Of a stretch of 64,000 bases of DNA, positions 28,415-41,733 are shown piece after piece. The translations under genes were made by a program, and so were the position numbers. The DNA lies in assembly GCA_034780895.1 (NCBI GenBank), contig JAUZTB010000065.1, positions 14,077,795 through 14,141,794 of the forward strand. The letters are read 5' to 3'. Source of the DNA: Rhynchobatus australiae (lineage: Eukaryota). A model generated the notes under the pieces. That model saw only the letters and a list, made by a program, of their open reading frames with translations, did no database searches and had not been told where the DNA came from. Within the stretch, counting starts at the first letter, position 1. The number at the start of each line of letters is the position of its first letter.

Positions 28415-29509
28415 CTGAGAACAAAGGAAAACACATTTCATAATGGAATAAAAAAAGAGCACCAGAGGTCCATAGAGAAGGACATCACTGTTAGATTCTA
28501 AGGTCACAAATGCTCATGATGAATGTCTAGTCTTATCATTTCCAATCTGCCACGTAAAATCTCTGGGTCTCAAAGGAAACACAAACTGAATGCTGAAATG
28601 CATTACTGGGTGGATGAGACAATAGTGACATCGTGCTCAAACTGGATGATCTCTTGATCAGAATGTACTGGGCCCGTCCCGAGAAAAGTTAATAGTGAAT
28701 TCATTCAATACCTTGGGAAATGAGGTATTTGGGTCTTCCATTTTTGTTACAGCTCCGAGTTATTCAATTAGTCCCACACCCTGCTCTTTCCCTATAACCC
28801 TGCAAAAAAAAACAGCCCAATTCTNNNNNNNNNNNNNNNNNNNNNNNNNNNNNNNNNNNNNNNNNNNNNNNNNNNNNNNNNNNNNNNNNNNNNNNNNNNN
28901 NNNNNNNNNNNNNNNNNNNNNNNNNNNNNNNNNNNNNNNNNNNNNNNNNNNNNNNNNNNNNNNNNNNNNNNNNNNNNNNNNNNNNNNNNNNNNNNNNNNN
29001 NNNNNNNNNNNNNNNNCAAAGTCCCTCATAGATATTCTGTTTCAAGGATAAAATTCCAGCTCCTTCAGCTCTACGTTACTAGTTTCTCAACCTGCTATCA
29101 TTCTGAAATCTCCAGTGTTCCCCCTTTGAAGTTTCCTGAAGCTTGGTTCTTAAATTTGAACAATCCTTCCTCTAAGGCCTAACAAGCAATTGAGAAAGGT
29201 TTTAGTATTAGTTCCTTGCTTTTACAGCTTATACCTCTTTGTAAAACCAAGGATCCTGAATGCATTTGCAACAGTTTAGACAATGTGGATCACTGACCTC
29301 ATCAATATTCTGTCCCCATCCGAAAGCAATCCATTCCACTTGTGTTTCCGTACAAATTCTTATGCTGACATTTATACTGGAAGCTTATAAAATATGCATA
29401 TATTCATGATTTTAAATGTATTAAATTTGGGAATTACAGGAGTTTCTGTGTGTTCATCTTCCATTGCTTTAAGCTTGGTGACAAAGAAATTTGTTCATCA
29501 AAAACCTCA

Positions 29510-29707
<198 letters not shown>

Positions 29708-29732
29708 TTACACAAAGATGTAAATAAAATTA

Positions 29733-30053
<321 letters not shown>

Positions 30054-30390
30054 TCAAGGAGGTGATCTGATTTCAACGGTACTTTTAAAATTCTGTATTA
30101 CAAATCATTATACATAGCTGTTTGATATAACTAAGCCACTTCAGAGGGCAGCTAAGAGTTAAGAATTAAATTATGAGTCTGGAAAATGAGGATAGGATTC
30201 CCTTACTAAATAACATTACTGAGTCAATTGTATTTTTTGACAATCTGATTGGTTCACTGTACACTAGCTTTTCATTTAATTAGCTGAATTTAAATTCCCC
30301 AACTATGTGGTGGTATTTGAATGTGTCTCTCTAGCTTATCCAACAGAGGCTAAAAAACACAATAGGAGAAAACACCCTCGCCAGTCTCAC

Positions 30391-30460
30391 CTCTTACAAG
30401 GTCGACATCAATCAGGTCAGACTTTATTCGGCCAGTCTTTTTCGGTTTACTACGCAGTCC
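30391..30460 (-). CDS. PHTF1: PHTF1 exon, GLRSKPKKTGRIKSDLIDVDLVR
   Basis: 70 nt, tctag acceptor and gtgaga donor; DLIDVDL motif. Confidence 0.93.
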
Positions 30461-32893
30461 CTAGAATTTAAACAAACAATTCTATTTAACTTCAAAAGGT
30501 CAACTGCGTCTGTGGTGATGATAGAGGCTGTGCTTTGCATTTGCACTGAGCCCTTGGTGTGTGCCAACCTGGAGATTGCCAGCTACTTAGACTAAACCAA
30601 TCGGGAAACAAGGCAATTAATTTTGTTCGGAGTATTCACTGGTACTTTTCACCCCACAGGATTGACTCTTACAGTTCCCAGTCACCAGAGACAGACACCA
30701 TTGATTTCACTGTGGTCATTGAGAGATTCATGTGTTCNNNNNNNNNNNATTTATAATTATTTTCTAGTTTTCAGGAACAACTTGTATTTTTAGACAGCTG
30801 AAGATCTGCAGTTCAAATAACTATGTTTGAAAACATACACGATTTGAAAATATATGCAATCAGGATTCCCACTAAAATTCGTCACAAGCCTCCTGGTTGT
30901 GAATTTCTGTGTGCTGCCAGATCTTACACATTGGAGAAATACAAGTAAATGATTTACAAATGTTTTGCGTATTTCCATATGACTAACAATTACATAATGA
31001 TATCAGGTATACAAAAGAAACACTATTAAAGATTGACTAAGTTTACTAACTGCAATTCAAATAAATCGGTACTCCAATGAATTCACCCTGAGGTGAAGTC
31101 ATTGATCCCCAAAGTGTTACATCTAATTCTCTCTCCACAGGCGCTACTTGGCCTGCTGAGTGTTTCCAGCAGTTACTGTTTTTATTTCAGATTTACAGCA
31201 ACTGCAGCCTTTTGCTTTTCAAAAACTATACTCCAAATGGAATTCAGACTGGAGAACACTTTGTAGTGCTCTTTGCAGAACCTCAAGCAAAGTTGTACAC
31301 CCAAGGCTTGTGAGAGATTTGAACTGACAACAAATGTTATCAAAGATGTTGCATTTTAGGAACATTATGGACAGAAATGTAGCAAAGCTGAGAAGTTTAG
31401 AGACAATGCTGATGCTTGTGGCTTTGACAGCTGTAGGTGTAGCAATCAATGGTGGAGTGATTGGAATCAGGGTTGACCCAAGGTGAAGAGCATAGATCCT
31501 AGGGGATTGTAGAGATNNNNNNNNNNNNNNNNNNNNNNNNNNNNNNNNNNNNNNNNNNNNNNNNNNNNNNNNNNNNNNNNNNNNNNNNNNNNNNNNNNNN
31601 NNNNNNNNNNNNNNNNATTGTAGAGATTCAGATTAAAGAGAGGCCACAGTAGATACTCAAAAAAAAAATCAGAAATTTAAAAATTGAATTGCCAACTTGG
31701 TGCCAACATAGATGCCCAGAGTGCGCAGGGGTGAAAGGTAAGTGAGATTTGGTGTGAGATTATATCAGTGCAGCAGACTTTCCCTCTGTCTGCCACACAT
31801 TGTACTGGAGACATGGTAATGGAGACATGTCTCCTGGTACTGGAGACAAGGATGGTTAGGGAATGGTGGCTTGTGTACTCATGGCTCACCATCAAAAGAC
31901 CTTGGACCACCACAAAACCAGCAAGGCACCGAGGCTCAATTTGTTAAAGTCCGGACTTGGCCAACAGGATTTACGGATCAGCTGGGTCAACTTGAGGTGG
32001 GCAAAAGTAAATGGGGGTGCATTTTGGTTACGTCATACCTGTACCCACGTGTTGACCATAGTTGCTTAACCAAACAAGCGATGTCCATGACACACACTTA
32101 CTGATTTGTTCTCAGCTCACTAGTCAAGTAACTGATACCCACTAGTCATACACTGGTCAATCGCTGGAAGCAAGGGAATTCTGGCCAGATCTTGCAGAGA
32201 ACTTCTGGCACTCCTCCACACAACTGCCACCAAGTCTGGAATTCTCATGCAAATACCAAAGTCCTAAACCTCGAGCGAGTCTCGTGCAGGGCTTTGCATT
32301 CAGAATCAGAGCAGCTGGGGAATGCAAGCTGACAGCAGCAGATCTACAAGACACAAGTTTGTACTTCCCAGAGAGGTCACAATTAGCACAAGTAGCTGGC
32401 AACTGGAAGTCCAATTGTTAATGTAACTAATTTTATTTCAAACTTTTGCTTAAAATTCCTGGAAACAGTCCCTGCAACCAGGAATCTTCCATCACTATTT
32501 GGCTTAATTCTTAGCATTGCCAGTCCTTCCCCTGGTATAACAATCACCAATGGGAACTATACATGAAGTGCTGGAAGAACTCAGTGGGTCCAGGCAGCAT
32601 CAATGGATCCCTGAAATGTTAACTGTCCATTTCCCTCCACAAATACTGTTTGACCTGCTGAGTTCCCCCAGGACTTCGCATGTTGCTTCAGATTCCAGCA
32701 TCTGCAGTCTCCTATGTCCCCATCAATGGGAACTAGCTCACACTGCCTAATGGATTGATAATAAACTCTGGTCTTGAAGAAAACCCAAACCACTTGATCA
32801 CAACCAGGAACGCCATCTTTTCTGATCTTACATTTCATCAGGGTTTTCAGAGATTTGAAAGAACAGAACATTTTATCAGAATGTTACTCCCAC

Positions 32894-32950
32894 CTTAATC
32901 TCCGTCTGCTCAATTGACTTTTCCCAGATTTGTTGATCATAAGCTCCAAT
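32894..32950 (-). CDS. PHTF1: PHTF1 exon, IGAYDQQIWEKSIEQTEIK
   Basis: 57 nt, ttcag acceptor and gtggga donor. Confidence 0.95.
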
Positions 32951-33723
32951 CTGAAACACAGCAAGTTACTTGGTGAAAGATTAGTGGAAACTTCATTATT
33001 CTTTTTGTTGCAGCAACATTAAATTCAGTCTTGTTGATTAATGTACATAAAATAATTCATGAACGAAGAGCTCAAAATAAAGAGATTAGAGCCGGTGACC
33101 ACATAAGTATGCAAGCATGTGCAAAATCAAGTCTATTCATTTGTTAGCTTGTGTGAGAACGCTGAGATAAAAACGTGAAATTGCTAGAATCACATCTGAA
33201 GTAAAATCCTGTTTTGCTGTTCAACCAGACAACCACCACCAACCACCGTGGGCTTTTTACACACCCATCACCCGACTAAATAACTGCAAAACAAACCAGA
33301 CTGAGACATTTCTGATGTTACTTATCTTGCACTGAGTTGGTCAGAGTTTCTAACCATCAGGAAATGGTGAGCAGGCTGAGCCTCTGTCATCTAAAATAGA
33401 GAAAACCAAAAGAACCCCTGATGGAGGTCTTTAAACATAAGATGCATTGAAAATTGTGGGAGGGACCAAGAACAATAAACGCAGGACAGTCACTAATGAA
33501 TCCAACACCTTTGACCAGGAAGTGGTTCACAGAATAGATATATTTAAAGGAAACCTGCTGAGCATGTGTAAAAAAAAATTATGGTTTATCAAGATGAAGT
33601 GAACAGGAAGAAGGCTCATGAGAAGCATAAACAGTCTAGTTGGAGCAAATAGGTTGATTCTATGGTGCAAGTTCTATCAGCACCTACTTACTGTCACATT
33701 GTCCTTGCATGTTTTATACGTAC

Positions 33724-33768
33724 CTTTTTCTGGTACCAGGTTATGGTGTCTGTTGTTTTCCAGGCCAT
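33724..33768 (-). CDS. PHTF1: PHTF1 first coding exon, MAWKTTDTITWYQKK
   Basis: ATG at 33768-33766, gtacgt donor; WYQKK motif. Confidence 0.92.
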
Positions 33769-34366
33769 CTGTTGTTCATCTTACCTAGTTACAAACATTC
33801 ATAATAAACCTATTCAGTTTTGGCCTCTGTATGTTACTGATGGGATTCTGGTGATGATCAAACATATCCCAAATATACCAACTATACATGGTATAGCAGT
33901 GAAACAAATAGCTGATCCTGCTCTCCCCACCAGAACACTCCCTCACCTTTTGATCCCCCAGCCAAACTCTTGCCTTCTTGCCCTCTACCCTCCCCAAGAC
34001 CGTCCCTCCTCCTCTTCCCTTNNNNNNNNNNNNNNNNNNNNNNNNNNNNNNNNNNNNNNNNNNNNNNNNNNNNNNNNNNNNNNNNNNNNNNNNNNNNNNN
34101 NNNNNNNNNNNNNNNNNNNNNNNNNNNNNNNNNNNNNNNNNNNNNNNNNNNNNNNNNNNNNNNNNNNNNNNNNNNNNNNNNNNNNNNNNNNNNNNNNNNN
34201 NNNNNNNNNNNNNNNNNNNNNNNNNNNNNNNNNNNNNNNNNNNNNNNNNNNNNNNNNNNNNNNNNNNNNNNNNNNNNNNNNNNNNNNNNNNNNNNNNNNN
34301 NNNNNNNNNNNNNNNNNNNNNNNNNNNNNNNNNNNNNNNNNNNNNNNNNNNNNNNNNNNNNNNNNN

Positions 34367-34725
34367 ATCACCTCCCTCCCCCTTCCCCAGCCCCGGCCGG
34401 GTCGGGCCGCCCTGCCTGCCGGGGATCCCTCACTCTCCCAGTCCCTCCGGTATCGCTGCGAGCCGCGGGCCCAGCCTGTTCCCGGCCCGGGCCCGGAGCC
34501 GTTCTCACCCACTCCCGTCTCCCCGCGACCATGCACTGGGCCGCGGCCAATGTCTGGAACGCACAGCCCGTTGCAATGAGAGGAAGAAGCGGTCGCCTGA
34601 CATGAATATTAATGATGTATTTATGCAACTCTCATGAATATTAATGCTGGAACGTATAATGTGACCACGCCCTCGTCCGCCGAAGGAGCGGAAAAGGCCA
34701 ACAAAATGCTTCAAGATCCACGTCT
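34367..34725 (-). promoter_or_regulatory. CpG island, probable PHTF1 promoter and non-coding first exon
   Basis: Abrupt GC/CpG-rich block about 0.6 kb upstream of the ATG; minus-strand donor-like gtgaga near 34503-34508; CCAAT near 34547; GC box ccacgccc near 34665; partly hidden by the gap at 34022-34366. Confidence 0.75.
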
Positions 34726-34819
34726 TGTTTTAACCATTTAAATTTTGTGGCTTGATGTCATATTTATAATATTTATGTTGCAAAGTTGGCCGTGTAACTA
34801 AATGCACTGACTTCAAAGT

Positions 34820-36480
34820 CATAGAGCATAGAAACAGGCCCTTCGGCCCACCACCATCTATACTAATCCCACTCGCCTGCATTAAACCCATATCCCTCTC
34901 TGCCTGCTCATTCAAGTACTGTTAACTGCCCCCTAAAATTTCAAATACCAACTGCTCTGTGTGAAAAAACCCTAGATCTGCTTTAAACTCTGCACTGGGC
35001 ACCCCTACTATGGGAAAAATACACGGGCTATCTATTGTCTTTGCCTCATAATTGTATACATCTCCATCATGTTACCTTTCAGCCTCCTTTGCTCGAGGGA
35101 AAACAGATCCAGCCTATCCAATCTTTCCTTATAGCTCAGAATGTCCAATCTGGGCAGCATCCAAAGAGGGTGAATCTTTGCTGCACTCCCTCTAGCTTAA
35201 TCACATCTTTCTTACAGTGTGGCAACCAGAACTGCACAATGTGTGGCTTAACCAATGTTTTGTACAACCGTACAATGGCACCCCAATACTCGTACTTATC
35301 TTGGCCAATGAAGGCAAACATACTGTATGGCTTCTTCAACACCAATGTTTACCTACGTTGCTATTTTTGGGGAACTATGCACCTGTAGCCCAAGGTCTTT
35401 CAATCCAACAACACTCTCCAGAGCCCGCTCATGCGCTGTGCATGTCCTGCCCTGGTTTAACTTCCCAAAATGTATCACTTAGCACTTGTCTGAGTTAAAT
35501 TCCATTTGCCATTCCCTTGCCCACTTACCCAGTTGACCTAGATCCTATTGTAACCTTAGAAAACTTTCTTCATCTATACTACTTACCAATTTTGATGTCA
35601 TTTGCAAACTCACTAATCATGCCATCTACATTATCATCCAAAACATTAGAGGACCCAGCACCATTCTCTGCAGCATACCACTGGTCACACACCTCCAATC
35701 TGGAAAATCAACCCTCCGCTACCACCCTCTGCATCCTCCTTCCTAGCCAACTTTGTATCCGATTAATTCGTTCACCGTGGATCCCATGTACTCTAACCTT
35801 CTGGACCAGCCCACCATGCAGAACCTTGTCAAAAGTATTGCTAAAGCCCAGGTAGACAATGTCTACTACCCTGTACCCTGCCCTCATCAATCTCCTTGAT
35901 CACTTCTTCAAAAAACTCAAATTTATGAGACATGATTTCCCGTGCACAAAGCCATACTGACTTTCCTTAATCAGCCCTTGCCCTTCCAAATGCAAAGAAA
36001 TCCTGTCCCTTAGAATCCCTTGCAATGACCTTCCCACCACCGATCTAAAGCATGCTGGCCTGTAGTACTAAAATCTTTGCCAGGGCCCCAACTATCTCCT
36101 CCCTTGCTCCCCATAGCATCCTAGGATATACTTGGTTAGGCCCTGGGGATTTATTCACTTTCACATGTTTCAGGACCTCCCACATGTCCTCCTTCATTAT
36201 GTTGATATGCTCCAGGATATCACTGTATCCCTGAACTCATTAGCTTCCATATACTTCTCCATGGTAAATAAGATAGGAAGTATTCAGTTAAGACTTCACT
36301 CATTTCCCATTGCCCCACACATAGATTACCACACTGATCCTTAAGGGGACTTGCTCTCTTCCCTTGCTATTCTTTTACTGTTAATATACATATAGAATCT
36401 TTTAGGATTCTCCTTTATATTATCTGCCAGAGATTTCTCATGACCCTTTTTACCCTCCTAATTTCCTTCTTAAGTGTACA
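34820..36480 (-). mobile_element. CR1-type LINE, 5'-truncated and degenerate, immediately upstream of the PHTF1 promoter
   Basis: VDIVYLGFSNTFDKVLHGGLVQKVRVHGI and [33 protein letters not shown]; 3' tail at about 34820-34850. Confidence 0.88.
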
Positions 36481-37344
36481 TAATTCTGAGAGCTTGGCCA
36501 TATTTAAGATATTCATTGTCCCCTATCTTAAGGGGATTTTTAAAAATATATACATACTATTCGTTCCTCTGCATTATGCATATGCCTTTTCCATACTTTA
36601 CAACACATTGGTGCTTGCATTGAGGAGAGAGATAAGCTTTACCTTGCATTTCTGTGAGAAACGTCACAGGATCTGAAGATTATCTAGGAGACGACAGAGA
36701 TCAAAATCCAAGTATTAACTCACCAAACACATTCACTAACCACTGGATAACAATTGAGCTATGCCACTGATACTAGGAATGAAACATGAATGAGTGGACT
36801 CATCAATTAGTTAGTGATGCACTGTTCAGCCAGAATAAATAGGATGCTGTTGTTTTGGAAAATAAATGGAGATGAGGTCGGAAAAAGAAACTAACCCTCT
36901 GTTTGAAATTGTCACATAGCAAATGTTCATACATCACACTTTAAGTGAAAGAGTGAACTAGTGTAGAAGGGGATTTTCGTCCATCTGCCTTGATGAACTT
37001 ATTCTTTAATTTGTTCTTTTTTCACTTACAAGGATTCCTGGTAAGGTCGGTATTCATTATGTATCCCTATTTGCCCTTGAGGTGGCGATGGTGAGTTGCC
37101 TTCCGGACTGATGGTATCCATGTTGCAAAGGTACCCGTATAAAGCTGTTTGGAAGAGATTTCCAGGATTTAGACCAGCAAAGATGAGGGACTGGCAATCA
37201 GTTGCAACTTGAATGACAATCACATGTACCTACCGACTTTGTCCTTCCAGGGGATAGATATCTCAGGGTTGGGAAGCACTGAAAGAAAAATTGCTGTGGT
37301 TCATTCCATAGATAAAACACAGCAGAGTGTTCTCTGCCGTGATA

Positions 37345-37970
37345 GGATGCCCTTCTAAATGTTTTACTCTTCACCTTAAATAGACGCCCTCTGGTTTTAG
37401 ACACCTCTGCCATAGGAAACAAATTCTCACTACTTACCTTTAATATCCCCCTCGTAATTTTGTATACCTCTATCAAGTCACCCCTCAGCCTTTTCCACTC
37501 GAGGGAAAACAAACCCAACCTATCCAATCTCTGCTTATAAATGAAATGCTCCAATCCAGGCAACAACCTAGCAAATTGCCCCTGCACCCTCTCCAGTGTA
37601 AACACATCCTTCCTGGTGACCAGAACTGCACACAGTGCAACCTTACCAATGCTTCATAAAGTTGTAATATGACATCCCCGTTTTTATATTCTTTGCCCCC
37701 ATAGATAAAAGCAAACATCCCATAGGCCTCTTCATAAACCTCTCTCCCTGTGCTGCCACCTTCAGGGATCTGTGGGCTTTTATCCTGAGTCCCTCCGTTC
37801 ATCAACACTCTCTGGAGCGTGACCATTTGTGTGTGTCCTACCTTTACTTGGTCTTCCAAAAATGCATTACTTTATAGTTACCAGGATTAAATTCCAGATG
37901 CTACTGCTTTCTAGCTGATCAATGTCACTCTGTAGCCTAAGACAACAATCCTTGCTATCTACACCACAAG
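37345..37970 (-). mobile_element. CR1-type LINE fragment
   Basis: LERVQGQFARLLPGLEHFIYKQRLDRLGLFSLEWKRLRGDLIEVYKI. Confidence 0.85.
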
Positions 37971-40479
37971 ACTGGGTCGAATTAATTTGTTTTTCAAAAT
38001 ATTGCCACAAAACCTCATGTTTACTGGAGGGAAGATGAGACCTTCGTTTAAGGTCTCTTTTGAAAGATACTACCTCTGACAGCACAGCACTCCTTCAGTA
38101 TTGTAGCAGAAGCATCAACTTAAATGATCAAGTTTCTGATATGGAACTTGAACTCACAATCTTCTCTCACAGAGAATGCCATTTGGCATTTTTCCATGTT
38201 ACACAGCTCCTCACAGCTCAGATTTCAGGATACAACAGTGAGCAGCTTGATCTAATATCTCTTCCAGGCAGACAATGAGGGGTTCTGGTGAAGTGTGATT
38301 TCCATTAGTGCTTATTATTAAACAGCCACACAATGCCTTTGCCCTTTACATGCAGGTCAAAAGACATGTTGGGTAATGAGAAAAATTAAATTAGAATATA
38401 CAGCTGAAGGAGCAGACATAGTCCAACCACTCTATTCCATTGTTAATGTTCCATTTGTGTCTCTCATCCTTCATCCTTCATCGTCTAAGTATAGGGACAA
38501 CTTTACTCTTCCTTGCCTATCCAGCTCTCCCTGAGTCCTGCCAAAGGTTCTTCCACCTGAAACATTAACTCCGTCTCTCTTCCCACAGATGCAGCCTGAC
38601 CTTCTGAGTATTTCCAGCAGCTCCCATTTTCATTAGAGATTTCCAGTTTTCCCTTTAGTGCACTTTTTCTTTTTGGATTCCATGTTTAAATTCTTGGTAT
38701 CCATCTTCTGTTGATAGATTTTAAATTTGCTCTTCCCCACAAGTGGAAACTTTGTCCACTCCATCAAGCCCTTTATATTAATGTAAAAAAATCTTTATTA
38801 GGTCACTCCTCAGCCTTTCCTTTGTAAGAGAGACATGCAGCCATTTGTCCTTTCCTATTAAGTGTAACCTTGCAGTACTGATATCATCCTCACAAATCAT
38901 TTTCACATCCTCTCAAGTGTCTCTGTGTGCTTTTTTTTATGAAACAGCAATCAGAACAGTACAGAGTGCTCCAACTGTGGTCCAACCATTTGGTACACAT
39001 TTAACATAATTTTGCTGCCAATATGAAGCAGGGTGCTGAGCTCAGCTGCAATCATTAATTCTTGGGAAATGTTTTGTGCACAATTGCAAACGCCTGCTGC
39101 TCTTCACTGCCTGCATCAGGCAATCCATTAGCTCATATCCTTTTTTCAATGTCAACTGTTGAACTATTGCACACACTAGGAAAGTAGTCTAGATTTATAT
39201 CCATAAATCCAATTACATCTCTGTTAGAAGATGTGGTCACATTTAACTTTATATTCAGCTTGATGTCAATTAGTTAATTGCTCATTTTCTATCTGTTCAG
39301 TTCTCAGGGAAGCTGCAGGCACATGAGATTGGCTGAGCAGGTAACAGAAGGTGCTGAGTTCAAGCTCCATTGGCTGAATTTAAGCAGACAGACATGCAGG
39401 TAAGAATTTAAATCAGATCATTAAAATTATGCATCCTGAATTTAGAGCTTAAAAATTGAGTTAATGAGGTAATTAGTATTAGGCATCATTAAGAGGATTG
39501 CAATCGGGGCAATCAGCAGTGTATGGAACACTTGTCAGTGGTTGTATTATGGTATATTTCACTACTTTGTAGCAGTAACTATATTTCAAAAGTGCTGCAT
39601 TGGCTATTAAGTACTTTGGTTTATCCTGAAATGATGTGAAAGGCATCACGTTAATGTACATCTTTCTTTAAAAGCTTTAAGTGCAAGTTATGTAATGGAA
39701 CAGCAAACTAAATCTCTGATAGTTTTAAATATTTCTATGGACCTACTAGAAGAGCAAAGATATTTGTAATGGGAGTGCAAGGGGGAGGGAGGAAGTGGTG
39801 GAGAATACATGGAGTGTGGGAGTGCAGATGCAGAGAGGGGTGTGATGTATTGATGAGGGATATAGAATGGAGAAGCAGCAAGAATGCAGTGCAGGCTGAA
39901 AGTGGGAGGGGAAGGGAAGGGAGACATACAGATAAATTCAGGAAACCAGCCATATGACTGTCATAGAATCAGTTGTTCAGTACAGAAACAGGAACTTTGC
40001 CTCATCAAGTCCATGCTAACTTTTTGCCCCATCTACACTAATGCCATTTGCCTGCATTAGGACCATATCCTTTCATCCCTTTGTGTCTAAATGGCTTTTA
40101 AATGTATTATAAATTTAAGTAGATCTACCAGGAAACTAACTTTACTTGCTGAGAAAACTGTCATTCCACTTCAAAGTGGTGTGTTTTATGCAAAGAGTGT
40201 CGAAATACTAGTGATGTAAGATAGTACTATCTAAAACCAAATCTTCCCCCACCAACATATGCAGTTGTAAGGTACTGACTAAGTATACCAAAATATTTTA
40301 CTGGATTACCACATCTCGGCCACACGATGAAAGAAAAATGTAACATGTTTTTTTTCTTCCCAGTAACACAGCATGTACAAAACCAGCAATGTCAATATTT
40401 TGCAGGGTATCATTTTGAAATTTGCAGTTTGCACAAAACATCCAAGTGTAGTAAACAGTGATGATATTACAAACTTTAA

Positions 40480-41180
40480 AAGGACATGGATATAGATAGG
40501 CCTTTGAAATAGACAAATGAAATAGGCAGATGAAATTCAATGCAGATAAATGTGAACTGATACATTCTGACACAATGAGAGAAGTCAACACAAGCTAAAT
40601 TATACAATTTTAAATGGGGTTTAAGAACACAGACCAGGTTGTTTTTGCACAAATCTTTGGAGGTAGATAGACAAATTAAACAAAACAGTTCCTGAGCTTC
40701 ATAAATAGGAACAAAAAGCTTTGCTAAATCTATATAAAATAAGTTAGTTCGACTGAAGTGGTATCTAATTCTTGGCATTAGATATTATGAAGATCGCAGA
40801 AGCTTTGGACTGGGTGTAGACAAGGCCCACGGGAGACTTGTTATGTGTTTAAAATCCCAATGGTTTAGTTAGAGGCTTCCAGTGGCTAAAGGTTGAGAAC
40901 CAGAAGGCATGGAACTTGGACAATCAGCAGAAATAACAGAGATGATACAAGTGAAAACTTTAAAAACACAATGAATGGTTACATTTTCAGAAGTACTGTA
41001 GGAGAGGATGGTGGACAGAGAATCAACAGAAGCCTTAAAGAGACACTTGGATACATTTTTAAAGAAAACACATTTCAGGCATACCTGGGAAAAAGTGGGA
41101 CACAGAAATAACTGGGATTAAAGAAATAACACAGGCTTGATGGGCAGAGCAGCTTCTATGCGTAATATTCTACGATTCTG
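40480..41180 (+). mobile_element. Old CR1-type LINE fragment
   Basis: WQMKFNADKCELIH-like segment at about 40525-40565 and a degraded 3' tail. Confidence 0.6.
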
Positions 41181-41319
41181 GAATGCAGACAAGAGTCACT
41201 GGTGGAGGAGGAGTCATATTAAAAGTACTTACTAATAAATCCAAAATGAAAATTGAGGCATAAACTGCTGAGAATGCGGAACCCATTGCCATGGAAGTAC
41301 TAGGAGGGATTGGCAGAGA

Positions 41320-41520
41320 TTCATAGACTTGTACAGCACAGACACAGGCCCTTCAGCCCAAACTATCCATGCCAACCAAGATGCCTATCTATGCTAATTC
41401 CATTTGCCAGCATTTGCCCTATATCTCTCTAAATCTTTCCAATACATGTACCTGTCTAAATGTCTTTTAAACATTGTAGTTGCACCCATCTCTACCAGTT
41501 CACTCCATAGAACCACCATT
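41320..41520 (-). mobile_element. CR1-type LINE 3' tail
   Basis: catagacttgtacagcacagacacaggcccttcagccc is the reverse complement of the CR1 3' end; similar copy at about 39960-40110. Confidence 0.7.
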
Positions 41521-41727
41521 TGATGTATTTAGAGGTAAGCTAATAATTACACGAGGGGGGGGGATGCTAGGATATTCTGATAAACATTACAATTGGCTCA
41601 TACCCTTGAGAACACTTACACATTACATGAGTTGAATGGCCTGTTTGTGTGCAGTATTTTATAGGTAACACAAAATTACACATTAAAATAACACCAATAA
41701 AAAGGACAACTTTGGAACTTTTTCCAG

Positions 41728-41733
41728 TTTATT
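41728..41733 (-). terminator. Candidate distal RSBN1 polyadenylation signal
   Basis: AATAAA on minus at the end of an AT-rich, UTR-like stretch, just before a repeat-dense intergenic zone; a proximal candidate lies at 47128-47133. Confidence 0.4.

Noticed and set aside
33662-34637. ORFs of 183-305 aa at the PHTF1 5' end
   Set aside because: Inflated by the 345-N gap and the GC-rich promoter; no coding evidence
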